DNA of 64,000 nucleotides from Candidatus Izemoplasmatales bacterium (lineage in GTDB: Bacteria > Bacillota_I > Bacilli_A > Izemoplasmatales > Hujiaoplasmataceae), in contig JBFXGX010000001.1 of the NCBI GenBank assembly GCA_050177605.1, forward strand, positions 111,059 through 175,058, written 5' to 3'. The stretch's first letter is position 1, and each line of letters opens with the position of its first letter. The notes below the pieces were generated by a model, which did no database searches, was not told the DNA's origin, and saw only the letters and a list, made by a program, of their open reading frames with translations. The position numbers were made by a program, and so were the translations under genes. Below, in pieces: positions 50,676 through 60,538 of this stretch.

Positions 50676-52790
50676 ATGATACGTAAAATAATAATGAAAA
50701 ATTTAACTTGTTCGAATTGCATTGCGAAGGTTGAACGTCGTACTTCAAGACTTCCATATGTAAATAGTGCAAGTTTTAACTACACAAATCAGATTTTATT
50801 AGTTGATTTTAAAGATGACTATAATGAGGCTGAAGCACTGAAAGAAATTAAGTCGATTGTAGACTTGCTTGAAGACAACATTATTACTCATTATTTTGAG
50901 GATAAAGTTGAGACTAAAAAGCACAATTTCTTTGTCGATTACCGATTTGTTCTTTTTGGAATGGTTATCATCTTTTTTACGTTTTCTGCCTACCGTATTT
51001 TTCCTTTCATTAATACAATCTTTGGAACGAATTATGGTTCACTTAAGGAAACCACTTCTCGCATTCTTTATTGGATAGGCTACTTATTCCTCATCTCCAA
51101 ATTACTTATTTTACAAATCAAAGGTATTAAGAAATTTAACATCTTTAACGAAAATACTTTGATGATTATTGCTACTTTCGCAGCGATGTTCATTGGTAAA
51201 TTTGAGGAAAGTATCGCTGTAGTTATTTTATATTCGTTTGGAGAATACTTACAAGCGAGAGCTGTATCAAAGTCTAAAAATGAAATCTCAGCGCTCATGA
51301 ACATGAAAATCGAATATGCCAACGTTCTTGAGAATGATAAGATAGTCGTTAAAGATCCAATGCAAATCAAAGTCGGGGATATTCTTGTTATTAAGAATGG
51401 AGAAAGAATTCCAGTTGATGGTGAAGTCATCCTAGGATCCACTAGTTTAAATACAAGTGAACTCACCGGTGAAACGAAACTTAAAAGAGTTGAAGTAGGT
51501 AGTTCGATACTTTCAGGGAATATCAATGTAGGGAATATGATTCAAATGAGAGCTAGCAAGGAATACTCTGATTCGACATTAGCCAAAATTATTGATTTAA
51601 TTGAGAATTCGACAAATCATAAATCGAATACCGAAATGTTTATTACGAAATTTGCTAGAATCTATACACCTATCGTTGTAGGTCTTGCCCTTCTTCTTGT
51701 CATCTATGGAATCATCGTGAATCCTGACGCAGTACTAGCGGAAAAAGGTTATGTATATCGAGCAGCTATTTTTCTTGTAATCTCGTGTCCTTGTTCTTTA
51801 GTTTTAAGTGTTCCACTTTCTTACTATGCAGGAATTGGTGCAGCTGCGAAAAATGGTATTTTATTTAAAGGCTCCACTTATTTAAATACATTAACAGATG
51901 TGAAAACCATTGCTCTAGATAAGACGGGTACGCTAACCTATGGCAGTTTCTTTGTACAAGAATTTACGAATGAAGAAACCGTTCAAATCGCAGCTTCGAT
52001 TGAAAAATATTCCAATCACCCAATTGCTGAAGCTATCTGTAATTTCAATCAACGTGAAGTATTACCTGTTGAGAATATCGAGGAAGTACCAGGATACGGA
52101 ATGAAAGGAACCTTAAATGGTGAGGTCGTTCTTGCAGGAAGTATCAAAATGCTTGAGCAACAAGGTATTCATGTTACCGATGAAAAACTTCCTACCGGAA
52201 CTTATACCTTTATTTCTGTAGGAGATAAATATATCGGATACATTGTTATCAAAGATGAATTAAAAGAAACATCAATGGAAACAGTAAGACATTTCTCAAA
52301 ACATTATGATACCGTAATGTTAACTGGTGATAATGAAAAATCCGCAGGAGAAATAGCTCGCAAACTTGGTGGTATAGAATATTACGCTGAATTGCTTCCT
52401 GAACAAAAACTTGAAAAATTCAATCAAATTCGTACCAACTCTGTAAGTCTATTTGTTGGCGATGGAATCAATGATGCGCCATTATTAAAGAATGCTGATA
52501 TTGGTGTATCGATGGGATCTGCTTCTGATTTAGCGATTGAAGTATCCGATATTATCATCATGAATAACGATATTCGATTGCTTGACAAAGCAATTAAAAT
52601 CGCAAAGAAAACAAGAAGTATAGCAACTCAAAATATTGTCTTTTCAATGATTGTTAAAGCCCTATTCTTAGGCCTTTCCGCATTAGGAATCATGTGGATG
52701 TGGCTATCGCTATTCGCTGATGTAGGGATTGCCCTTTTATGTGTATTGAACGCCTTAAGAATTATTTACCAAAAGAGATATTTAAAATAA
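50676..52790 (+). CDS. Heavy-metal P1B-type ATPase, Zn/Cd (P1B-2) type
   Basis: N-terminal CSNC HMA domain, TGE, SCPC, DKTGTLT, HP, GDGINDAP, Lys in penultimate TM and ADVG in last TM. Confidence 0.92.
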   Translation: MIRKIIMKNLTCSNCIAKVERRTSRLPYVNSASFNYTNQILLVDFKDDYNEAEALKEIKSIVDLLEDNIITHYFEDKVETKKHNFFVDYRFVLFGMVIIFFTFSAYRIFPFINTIFGTNYGSLKETTSRILYWIGYLFLISKLLILQIKGIKKFNIFNENTLMIIATFAAMFIGKFEESIAVVILYSFGEYLQARAVSKSKNEISALMNMKIEYANVLENDKIVVKDPMQIKVGDILVIKNGERIPVDGEVILGSTSLNTSELTGETKLKRVEVGSSILSGNINVGNMIQMRASKEYSDSTLAKIIDLIENSTNHKSNTEMFITKFARIYTPIVVGLALLLVIYGIIVNPDAVLAEKGYVYRAAIFLVISCPCSLVLSVPLSYYAGIGAAAKNGILFKGSTYLNTLTDVKTIALDKTGTLTYGSFFVQEFTNEETVQIAASIEKYSNHPIAEAICNFNQREVLPVENIEEVPGYGMKGTLNGEVVLAGSIKMLEQQGIHVTDEKLPTGTYTFISVGDKYIGYIVIKDELKETSMETVRHFSKHYDTVMLTGDNEKSAGEIARKLGGIEYYAELLPEQKLEKFNQIRTNSVSLFVGDGINDAPLLKNADIGVSMGSASDLAIEVSDIIIMNNDIRLLDKAIKIAKKTRSIATQNIVFSMIVKALFLGLSALGIMWMWLSLFADVGIALLCVLNALRIIYQKRYLK

Positions 52791-52818
52791 AAGATGGAGA
52801 ATTTTCTCCATCTTTTTT
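52789..52818. terminator. Bidirectional terminator
   Basis: AAAAGATGGAGAA-tt-TTCTCCATCTTTT. Confidence 0.8.
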
Positions 52819-54052
52819 AGTGTTTAATAACGTTGTATGTTTTCTTGCCTTTACGTAATATTGTATAAGTTTCTCCAATGGCATTTTCTTTTTTAACGAC
52901 AAACTCAAGATCGTTTGTCTTTTCACCATTGATGGATATTGCACCGCTTTGAATTAATTCTCTTGATTGTCTTTTTGACGATGCTAATCCAACCGCAATC
53001 AATACATCCACAAGTAATGTATCTTCACTGATTTCATTCATTGGAAACTCTTTAAAAGCTACTTTTATTTCAGGAACAGTTAGCTCTTTTACATTCCCAC
53101 TGAACAATGCATCGGTAATCTTGATGGCTTCTTTTAATGCTTCTTCGCCATGAACCATTTTTGTGATTTCCTCCGCAAGTCTTTTTTGTGCAAACCTTAA
53201 ATGAGGTTCCTTTACAAAAGCACTTTCAATCTCTTCGATTTCTTCGTGAGATAGGAATGTGAATTGTTTAATTCGCTTCATCACATCATCATCTGCAGTA
53301 TTAATCCAAAATTGGTAAAATTCATAAACACTTGTCTTTTCAGGATCAAGCCATACTGCTCCAGATTCTGATTTACCAAATTTCGTCCCATCCGATTTCG
53401 TCACAAGTGGGAAAGTAAATCCAAATGCTTCACTTTCTGATCCGTGAACTTTACGAATAAGTTCTAATCCAGAAGTGATGTTTCCCCATTGATCTTGACC
53501 ACCAATTTGCATAACACAATGATCGGTTTTAAACAAGTGTTCGAAATCCCAAGCTTGAATGATTTGATATGAGAACTCTGTAAATGAAATACCATTCTCA
53601 ATTCTTGACTTCACAGAGTCTTTACTCATCATATAAGAAACATTAAAGTTCTTTCCGATATCTCTTAAAAACTCAATTGCATTTAGCGAAGATAACCAAG
53701 TATAATTATTAACAATTTTTGCATTTGGTAATAATTTAACAACTTGTGCTGTAATTCCTTCAGCGTTTTTAAGTGAGGTTTCGATAGTTAATAATGGTCT
53801 TTCAGTATTTTTAAAACTAGGGTCTCCAATCAGACCCGTTCCTCCACCAATGACAAGGATTGGTGAGTGACCATAATCGGCTAATCTTTTCGCGACCATA
53901 TACGCTAATAAGTGACCTACATGTAGACTATCCGCTGTTGGATCAGCGCCTAAATAAAAGGTCATTTTTTTATCATTTAATGCTGTAGCGAGTGTTGGGT
54001 CGGTTAGTCCATAGACTAAACCTCTCCACGTTAAATCTTCAAATAATTTCAT
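52817..54052 (-). CDS. tyrS: Tyrosyl-tRNA synthetase
   Basis: DPTADSLHVGH, EFSYQ..Q..D, QIGG.DQWGNI, KFGKS, S4 domain; start 54052 chosen on GGAGG spacing. Confidence 0.97.
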   Translation of the reverse strand: MKLFEDLTWRGLVYGLTDPTLATALNDKKMTFYLGADPTADSLHVGHLLAYMVAKRLADYGHSPILVIGGGTGLIGDPSFKNTERPLLTIETSLKNAEGITAQVVKLLPNAKIVNNYTWLSSLNAIEFLRDIGKNFNVSYMMSKDSVKSRIENGISFTEFSYQIIQAWDFEHLFKTDHCVMQIGGQDQWGNITSGLELIRKVHGSESEAFGFTFPLVTKSDGTKFGKSESGAVWLDPEKTSVYEFYQFWINTADDDVMKRIKQFTFLSHEEIEEIESAFVKEPHLRFAQKRLAEEITKMVHGEEALKEAIKITDALFSGNVKELTVPEIKVAFKEFPMNEISEDTLLVDVLIAVGLASSKRQSRELIQSGAISINGEKTNDLEFVVKKENAIGETYTILRKGKKTYNVIKH

Positions 54053-54073
54053 TTTCATTTTCCTCCATATGTA

Positions 54074-54288
54074 ATAAAAAAAAGAAAAATCGTCCTTCAA
54101 AATAAAGGACGATTCTAATTAACCGCGGTACCACCTTTGTTCACCTAAGTGCACTTGGTAAAGATAACGGATTTACCGTCTGATAAACAGAAACTCCTAA
54201 GTGTAATTCAAATTTTAACTTTTCCTGGTTTTCACCTACCACCAGGTCTCTACGACAAAAGGTATAAAATTCTACTTTGCTTAATCAA
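54074..54288 (-). promoter_or_regulatory. T-box riboswitch (Tyr) upstream of tyrS
   Basis: AAAGGTGGTACCGCGG at about 54123-54138; terminator AATCGTCCTT..AAGGACGATT plus U-run; specifier UAC at 54203-54205. Confidence 0.92.
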
Positions 54289-54291
54289 CGT

Positions 54292-55296
54292 TTATTTAGT
54301 TGTATTTCTTTCGACAATGTTATGTGGAAGTACATTAAATTTAACTTCAACAGAATCACCATCAATTTCGCGTTTTAATAACGCCATAGCTTTCGCACCA
54401 ATTTCGATAATTGGGACGTCAACACAAGATAATTGTGGACGAGAAAGCGATGCATATTTTGTGTTTTGGAATCCATATACACTGACATCTTCAGGAATCT
54501 TTCTTCCAAGTTCAATTTGAGTATTGATAAAACTTACGGCGATGGAATCACGCACTGCGATGACACCGTCAATTGCAGTGTTTGCTTTAAATAATTCTTC
54601 AAAGTGAACTGTATTAATCGTGATATCACCTGAAGTACGAACGATATTAGGTTCTAATCCAGCTTCTTTCACTGCTTTCAAATATCCTTCTTCTTTAAGA
54701 TCATTCACCATATATTTTCTTGCGGTTGTAAGAAGATAAATATTTTTTCTTCCTTCTTCAACTAGACGTTTTGTCAATTCATAAGCTGCTTTGAAGTAAT
54801 CAATACATACCGTGACTAGTTTGTTATCATATGGATATAAAGTATTTGCTAAAACGATTGGAACTTTATATTCATCTTGAATGACATTTAACATATTATA
54901 TTGAACTTCATTGATTTCATCATTTAAGTAAAGAATACCATCAACTTGGCTGGCAACAACTTCTTTTAACATTTCGGATTCGTCTGTTTTTTCGCTCTTT
55001 AAAACATAGATTAATAGTGAATAATCATATTTTCTAGCTTCAACAGCGATACCATTTAGCATTTCCGCAACGGAGGCTCTTGACATATCAGGAACAATCA
55101 CTGCAACTGTTGTACTTTTTTTACTTGCTAAACCTTTTGCGAAAGCATTTGGTTTGTATCCAAGTTCTTGGATTACACGTAAAACTCTATCTCTCGTTTC
55201 TGGTTTAACCTTTTGAGGATTATTGAGTGTTCTTGATACCGTAGCTAATGATACGTTTGCTGCATAAGCAACATTATAAATGGTGGCTTTGTTCAT
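54292..55296 (-). CDS. ccpA: LacI-family regulator, catabolite control protein A-like
   Basis: TIYNVA..ANVSLATVSR, VKPETR, LGY.PNA.A.GLASKKSTTV, QVDGI, RPQLS, IGA.AM.LL; near tyrS as in Bacilli. Confidence 0.8.
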   Translation of the reverse strand: MNKATIYNVAYAANVSLATVSRTLNNPQKVKPETRDRVLRVIQELGYKPNAFAKGLASKKSTTVAVIVPDMSRASVAEMLNGIAVEARKYDYSLLIYVLKSEKTDESEMLKEVVASQVDGILYLNDEINEVQYNMLNVIQDEYKVPIVLANTLYPYDNKLVTVCIDYFKAAYELTKRLVEEGRKNIYLLTTARKYMVNDLKEEGYLKAVKEAGLEPNIVRTSGDITINTVHFEELFKANTAIDGVIAVRDSIAVSFINTQIELGRKIPEDVSVYGFQNTKYASLSRPQLSCVDVPIIEIGAKAMALLKREIDGDSVEVKFNVLPHNIVERNTTK

Positions 55297-55332
55297 AGGA
55301 CTCAACCCTTTCTTATTTCATTTATCTAGTTT

Positions 55333-55361
55333 ATTTTACCATTAAAAGTTAGCGGTTTCAA
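55333..55361 (-). promoter_or_regulatory. ccpA promoter with overlapping cre-like site
   Basis: TTGAAA-N17-TAAAAT (TGn); TTGAAACCGCTAACT (55347-55361) fits WTGNAANCGNWNNCW. Confidence 0.65.
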
Positions 55362-55443
55362 TAATTTTGACTGAAATTATGAAAATTTTTTCATTTGTTC
55401 ATAAAAAAGAAAAAAGGCTAGCGAAATCGCTAACCATTTTAGA

Positions 55444-55791
55444 CTATCTTCTTTCTTTAATACGTGATGCTTTTGCAGATAATCCTCTAATGTATCCTAG
55501 GTGTGCTCTTCTTACTTTACCGAAACGAACCACTTCAATTTTGTCAATTGCAGGGGAATGTACTGGGAAAGTTCTTTCAACGCCGATACCGTAAGAAATC
55601 TTTCTTACAGTGAAAGTTTCGCTGACGCCTCCACCTTGTTTTTTGATACATAGACCTTCGAACGCTTGGATACGTTCACGGTTTCCTTCTTTGATTTTTA
55701 CAGATACCTTTACAGTATCTCCAGGACGGAAACTAGGTACGTCACTCTTAATATATTCTTGAGTAACTTGATTAATTAATTGCTGCGACAT
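55444..55791 (-). CDS. rplS: 50S ribosomal protein L19
   Basis: [39 protein letters not shown]. Confidence 0.98.
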   Translation of the reverse strand: MSQQLINQVTQEYIKSDVPSFRPGDTVKVSVKIKEGNRERIQAFEGLCIKKQGGGVSETFTVRKISYGIGVERTFPVHSPAIDKIEVVRFGKVRRAHLGYIRGLSAKASRIKERR

Positions 55792-55813
55792 GTTGGTCAA
55801 CTCCTTTTTTCTG

Positions 55814-55843
55814 CTTTTGTTCACTCCCGAGTCGGAACAAAAG
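55814..55843 (-). ncRNA. L19-leader-like hairpin
   Basis: CTTTTGTTC-CG-ACTC-GG-GAGT-GAACAAAAG just upstream of the rplS RBS; GTTCCG core recalls the Firmicutes L19 leader. Confidence 0.6.
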
Positions 55844-55897
55844 GGTTCTATATATTCTTTACAGCGAAAAGTATTATAACATACAAATTCAATAAAA

Positions 55898-56584
55898 TCA
55901 ATCTTTTTTGACTGGTTTTTCGAGTAAATCTGGGCGTCTTTCCTCTGTCCTTTTTAAAGATTCTTCTTTACGCCATTTTTCAATTTCTTGGTGGTTCCCG
56001 CTAACAAGAACATCCGGTACTTTCAGTCCTCTAAATTCCTGAGGACGTGTATATTGAGGATACTCTAATTGACCATCATAAAAAGAGTCTTGTTCAAAAG
56101 ATTCCTTTTTTCCTAAGGCATCTGGTAATAGTCGAATCACAGAATCCATCACTGCCATCGCAGCAATTTCTCCGCCAGTAAGCACAAAATCACCTACAGA
56201 TAATTCTTGATTGACAAACAACCTTATTCTTTCATCAAATCCTTCATAATGACCACATATTAAAATTAAATGATCTATGTTTGATAAATCATTTGCAAGT
56301 GATTGACGATAAGGAACTCCTTGTGGGGTTAATAAGACTTTATGTGCTTTTTCGTATCCTTCGATACTTTCAAGAGCAGCAACAATAGGTTCAACACTGA
56401 GTAGCATCCCAGCTCCACCACCAAATGGATAGTCATCTACCTTTTTATGTTTGTTGGTTGAAAATTCACGAAAATCGATGATATTGATTGTGACAATCTC
56501 TTTTTCAATGGCTCTTTTGATGATTGAACTTTTCAACATGCCCTCAAACATTTCTGGAAACAATGACAGAATTGTTATTTTCAT
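55898..56584 (-). CDS. trmD: tRNA (guanine37-N1)-methyltransferase
   Basis: [40 protein letters not shown]. Confidence 0.98.
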   Translation of the reverse strand: MKITILSLFPEMFEGMLKSSIIKRAIEKEIVTINIIDFREFSTNKHKKVDDYPFGGGAGMLLSVEPIVAALESIEGYEKAHKVLLTPQGVPYRQSLANDLSNIDHLILICGHYEGFDERIRLFVNQELSVGDFVLTGGEIAAMAVMDSVIRLLPDALGKKESFEQDSFYDGQLEYPQYTRPQEFRGLKVPDVLVSGNHQEIEKWRKEESLKRTEERRPDLLEKPVKKD

Positions 56585-57084
56585 AATAGACCCTCTATCA
56601 AAGCTATTTCAAGACAACGTTTTTCAAGATCAAGACTTGTCACAAACTCATCTCGAAATGGAATCAGTGCCGTACTTTGATCTTTCTTCAAAATCAGTAA
56701 GTAATCACCTTGAGGATAAGTTTTAATTTCTTTCACGACACCTTGTTCTTCGTTCCCTTGATATACTTTTAATCCAATGAGTTCATCTACGTGATACTCA
56801 TTGTCTCTTTTATTTTTAATTGGCAAATCTTCGCTATATAATTCAAGTCCAACGAGAGATTCAACTAAATTGATATCTTCATATCCTTCAAAGACTAATA
56901 AATCAACGCCCTTTAATACTTTATAAGAACGAACAAACAGAGGAATCATTTGATCCTCTTTTTTAATATACACTGCTCTTTTCTTTCCATAGCGTTCTTC
57001 TTGGAAGTCCGTATCTGACAATACCTTAACTTCTCCCTTGAGTCCTCGTGTTGAAACAATTTTACCTATATAGCGATATTTCAT
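56581..57084 (-). CDS. rimM: Ribosome maturation factor RimM
   Basis: IGKIV.T.GLKGEV, L.GL.V, LIPF...FV, EGLL; overlaps trmD. Confidence 0.94.
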   Translation of the reverse strand: MKYRYIGKIVSTRGLKGEVKVLSDTDFQEERYGKKRAVYIKKEDQMIPLFVRSYKVLKGVDLLVFEGYEDINLVESLVGLELYSEDLPIKNKRDNEYHVDELIGLKVYQGNEEQGVVKEIKTYPQGDYLLILKKDQSTALIPFRDEFVTSLDLEKRCLEIALIEGLL

Positions 57085-57093
57085 AATGACCTC

Positions 57094-57999
57094 TTATTTC
57101 TTTGACATCCACTTTTTAGGGGTGCGGTCTACATTATAGATTCCCCAATGTTTTTCAGGTTCAATTGGATTGGTAGAACCTTTCCATGGTTCATCAAACG
57201 CTTCGAAAATAAACATCGGAACCTGATTTTTAGAAGCCCACTCTTCTACTTGAGTTAAATAAGCATCTTGGTTTTCTTCATTTGTTTGAGTAGAATCCAT
57301 TTGCTCGTTAGACATCGTCGCCCAGCCAAACTCAGTAAAAATAATTTGTTTATCTGGATAAGCTAATCTATTTTCTTCATAATCAAAAATGTTCACATCT
57401 AACGCTTCTTGAATGTTTTTTCTTGCCCATAAAGGATAAGAATGAATCGAGATGAAATCCACATATTCAGCGATTTCTTTCCCTTTTGTTTTCCAATAAT
57501 ATGCGCCTTCACAGAAGGTGACTGGAGCAGTGATTTTCTCTTTTAAATACTTTGCATGAAGAGCAACTGTATGTGGATCCATTAAGTTTGAATGCCAATC
57601 AGAAGTACATTCGTTTCCAACTGATACAGCGAGTACAATACTAGGATATTGATTTGCTAGAGCTGCAGCAGCGTCAAGTTGACGATAATTATTTTCTTTA
57701 TTAAATTCAATTTCTTCATCAGAATGAAGTCCTCCCCAAGGGCAATTCGGATTCGATATTTCGCCCCCTGGTTCAACCCCTAACATTACTTTCAAATTGA
57801 TTTTATTTTCATGAATTACTTGAAGAACTGTTTGAGCATGATGTGATACATCATACATTCGAATATAAGAAAAGTTCTTCTCCAAAATTAATAAATCTTC
57901 TTTCACTTCATCATACGATGGATAGATATGATCTCTAGGACTTTGTCCTGTTCTATACCCCGAGTAACATACTGCATTTTTGTATTCTATAATCATCAA
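57094..57999 (-). CDS. Glycoside hydrolase family 17-like (beta-1,3-glucanase/glucosyltransferase), no signal peptide
   Basis: AVCYSGYR.GQSP, IRMYD, VSVGNE (acid/base), SIHSYP.W, TEFGWAT (nucleophile), FEAFDEPWK, EKHWG. Confidence 0.85.
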   Translation of the reverse strand: MMIIEYKNAVCYSGYRTGQSPRDHIYPSYDEVKEDLLILEKNFSYIRMYDVSHHAQTVLQVIHENKINLKVMLGVEPGGEISNPNCPWGGLHSDEEIEFNKENNYRQLDAAAALANQYPSIVLAVSVGNECTSDWHSNLMDPHTVALHAKYLKEKITAPVTFCEGAYYWKTKGKEIAEYVDFISIHSYPLWARKNIQEALDVNIFDYEENRLAYPDKQIIFTEFGWATMSNEQMDSTQTNEENQDAYLTQVEEWASKNQVPMFIFEAFDEPWKGSTNPIEPEKHWGIYNVDRTPKKWMSKK

Positions 58000-58128
58000 T
58001 AAATCCTCCTACTAACATCCACAATTTTATCATAGAAATTCGTTTTATTCAATCAAAAACAAGTGTTTAAAAAAGAAAACCTCACCAATAAAAACTGGTA
58101 AGGTTATTTTCCTAAAGAAGTATTCTTT

Positions 58129-59343
58129 TTATGCGTTTACTGAAATTTCTCCAGCTTTTTTAAGTGTTAACTTCGTCACAACAGGTCCAATTAATTCATA
58201 AATCAAGACTGTAGCTAGAATGATAACTCGAATCCGATCACCTAAAATACTGTCGACCCCAAACATTGCGGCTGCGGCAATACTTAACCCAATCGAAACT
58301 CCTTCTTGTGGTATTAAGGTATATCCTAAATATTTAGCAACAGTTTTTGGAGATTTTCCAAGCTTCGCACCAAACCAAGCACCAAATACCTTTCCACCGA
58401 CTCTAAATAATGCATAAATTATTCCGATAATGCCAATGGAAGTGAGTATTGATAAATCTAATTCTGCACCACTCAGGACAAAGAACATAACAAAGATTGG
58501 TGGCGTAACAAAATAGATAAGTCCATTTACTTCTTCGTATTTCGTCGATAAATTAGCAAATACTCCACCAACAATCATACATGATAATAATGCAGATCCT
58601 CCAAGATATTCACCTAAGTAGATTGTAAGGAAAATGACTGCGATTACTAATGAAATTCGATTTCCTCTTCCTGTAAACCATTTCGTACCAAAGTGAACAA
58701 CAAGTCCAAAGAATGCACCAACACCAATTGAAATCAAAATTTCAAAGAAAGGTGCCATAATTTGAGCAAACACAGAGCTATGTACAGCGAGTGGGTCGAT
58801 AGCATTGGCAATAGAAACTAAAATACCGAAGAGTACAATCGCAACTGAATCATCAATTGCAACAACGCTTAATAATGTTTCTGTTAACGGTCCCTTTGCT
58901 TTATATTGTCTGACTACCAAGAGCGTGGATGCTGGAGCTGTCGCTGCAGCAATTGCCGAAAGCACTAAAGCAAATCGAATGTTTTCAATAGTCATTTGAT
59001 TCGATAGTGCAAAGTAAATTAATAACATTCCTAAAACGAACAATACGCCAAAGAACGCTTCGAAGAATGCAATGATAATTGGTCCGGGACCAACTTTTTT
59101 GAAATAAGAAATTTTAAATTCATTTCCAATGGAAAAAGCAATAAATCCTAAAGCAATTGTAGATATAATTTCGAGGCCGGAAAACATCGATTCATCGAGT
59201 AATCCAAGGACGCTAGGTCCGACAATTAATCCGCCAATTAAGTAACCAGTGACATTTGGTAACTTTACATACTTTGCTAATTTGCCAAATAGCAAACCAG
59301 TTGCAATCATGATTCCTGCATATAATAAAGGTAAAACAGCCAA
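58129..59343 (-). CDS. Cation:proton antiporter (CPA2-like)
   Basis: LPNVTGYLIGG.I.GP, ATAPA, VVAIDD, FFVLSGA, about 12 TMs; TTG start. Confidence 0.9.
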   Translation of the reverse strand: MAVLPLLYAGIMIATGLLFGKLAKYVKLPNVTGYLIGGLIVGPSVLGLLDESMFSGLEIISTIALGFIAFSIGNEFKISYFKKVGPGPIIIAFFEAFFGVLFVLGMLLIYFALSNQMTIENIRFALVLSAIAAATAPASTLLVVRQYKAKGPLTETLLSVVAIDDSVAIVLFGILVSIANAIDPLAVHSSVFAQIMAPFFEILISIGVGAFFGLVVHFGTKWFTGRGNRISLVIAVIFLTIYLGEYLGGSALLSCMIVGGVFANLSTKYEEVNGLIYFVTPPIFVMFFVLSGAELDLSILTSIGIIGIIYALFRVGGKVFGAWFGAKLGKSPKTVAKYLGYTLIPQEGVSIGLSIAAAAMFGVDSILGDRIRVIILATVLIYELIGPVVTKLTLKKAGEISVNA

Positions 59344-59354
59344 AATAATCGCTC

Positions 59355-59690
59355 CTACTTCTTTAACCCATCGATATAGTCGATAGGTACCGTAAATACA
59401 ATTCCTGTATTCGGTTGAGATAAGTCTCCAGCAACCTGATGAACAATATCAAGTGCTACTGGTACTTGTGCGTCTTCAAGTGCCATTAAGATAACTTTTG
59501 ATTCTACTCTAGGATTATCAAATAGTTTTTTTAACGATCCGATAAATTCCATATCGTCGTTTTCAATCAATTTGCGAGCCATACCTGTTCCGTTTAAGAT
59601 GGTCGCACCTTTAATATCTTTTTCTTTTAATTCGTGCAAAAATGTGTCTAATTTTGAAGTGTTATTCATTACATAAACAACTAATTTCAT
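59355..59690 (-). CDS. PII-like (GlnB-superfamily) protein
   Basis: 111 aa; 'GATILNGTGM', 'GDL..PNTGIVFT.PI' B-loop-like C-terminus; no T-loop YRG motif. Confidence 0.8.
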   Translation of the reverse strand: MKLVVYVMNNTSKLDTFLHELKEKDIKGATILNGTGMARKLIENDDMEFIGSLKKLFDNPRVESKVILMALEDAQVPVALDIVHQVAGDLSQPNTGIVFTVPIDYIDGLKK

Positions 59691-59716
59691 CTCTTCATCT
59701 CCTCATTAACATTTTC

Positions 59717-59744
59717 ATTATACTCTTGAAATTTGAATTGTCAA
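59717..59744 (-). promoter_or_regulatory. Sigma-A promoter of the PII-like/antiporter operon
   Basis: TTGACA-N16-TATAAT. Confidence 0.75.
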
Positions 59745-59758
59745 GCATCATGAAACGT

Positions 59759-60538
59759 TTACATTATTTTTTGATATGCCCACATTAAAAACCCTTCAAA
59801 ACGTACTTGCCAAAAGAGTTCTGTATGCGATGCTTTAGGATCAATTACCATTTTAATATTGTTTCTATTTTGTAATTTTCGACGCAAAATTACATTTGTT
59901 TTTATGAGCGGAAATAGATACTGAACTGAAAAGCATTTCGTTTCTTTCATTCCCATATCATGATAAATTCTTTGTGTACTACCGACATTCCATTTTCGAA
60001 TCATTTGAAAGAATGAACGTCCAATGATGTGGTATGCAGGAGAAAAAGCACCAATGATTTCAAATACTTCTGGATACCTCGCTCCCATATAATAGGAGAT
60101 GTTTCCGCCACATGAACTACCTGCGACGCCTCTTTTAGAAGGTATCGTAGAATAATGACTTTCCACGAAAGGTACGATGACTTTCACGATAAAATCACTA
60201 AAGATTTCTCCCTCAGGAAGGACTTCTTTATCTTTAAAATATTTTTTAGCACTGTTTGATATATCATTTGAATATTCTTCTATACGACACTGACTATCAT
60301 TGTCAATCCCTACAATAATGATTGGATCAATTTTTCCTTCATCGATAAGTCTGGAAGTGGTTGAAATAATGTCCCATGAATACCCGCTATAGGGTGCTTC
60401 ATCCACCAAATTTTGACCATCATGCATGTAGAGGACAGCACAAGGATTATTTGTTTCGGGTACATATACACTGATTCTTCTTTTACGATTCCCAAGTTTA
60501 TCAATTTGAAACTCATGTACAAAAGTATGAAAATTCAT
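59759..60538 (-). CDS. Alpha/beta-hydrolase esterase (IroE/Fes-like)
   Basis: VLYMHDGQN, IIVGID, GSSCGG nucleophile elbow, FSPA, H.E..W. Confidence 0.88.
   Translation of the reverse strand: MNFHTFVHEFQIDKLGNRKRRISVYVPETNNPCAVLYMHDGQNLVDEAPYSGYSWDIISTTSRLIDEGKIDPIIIVGIDNDSQCRIEEYSNDISNSAKKYFKDKEVLPEGEIFSDFIVKVIVPFVESHYSTIPSKRGVAGSSCGGNISYYMGARYPEVFEIIGAFSPAYHIIGRSFFQMIRKWNVGSTQRIYHDMGMKETKCFSVQYLFPLIKTNVILRRKLQNRNNIKMVIDPKASHTELFWQVRFEGFLMWAYQKIM

Noticed and set aside
59749..59763. cre-like TGTAAACGTTTCAT upstream of the PII-like promoter
   Set aside because: The 3' end mismatches the consensus and it overlaps the esterase stop codon
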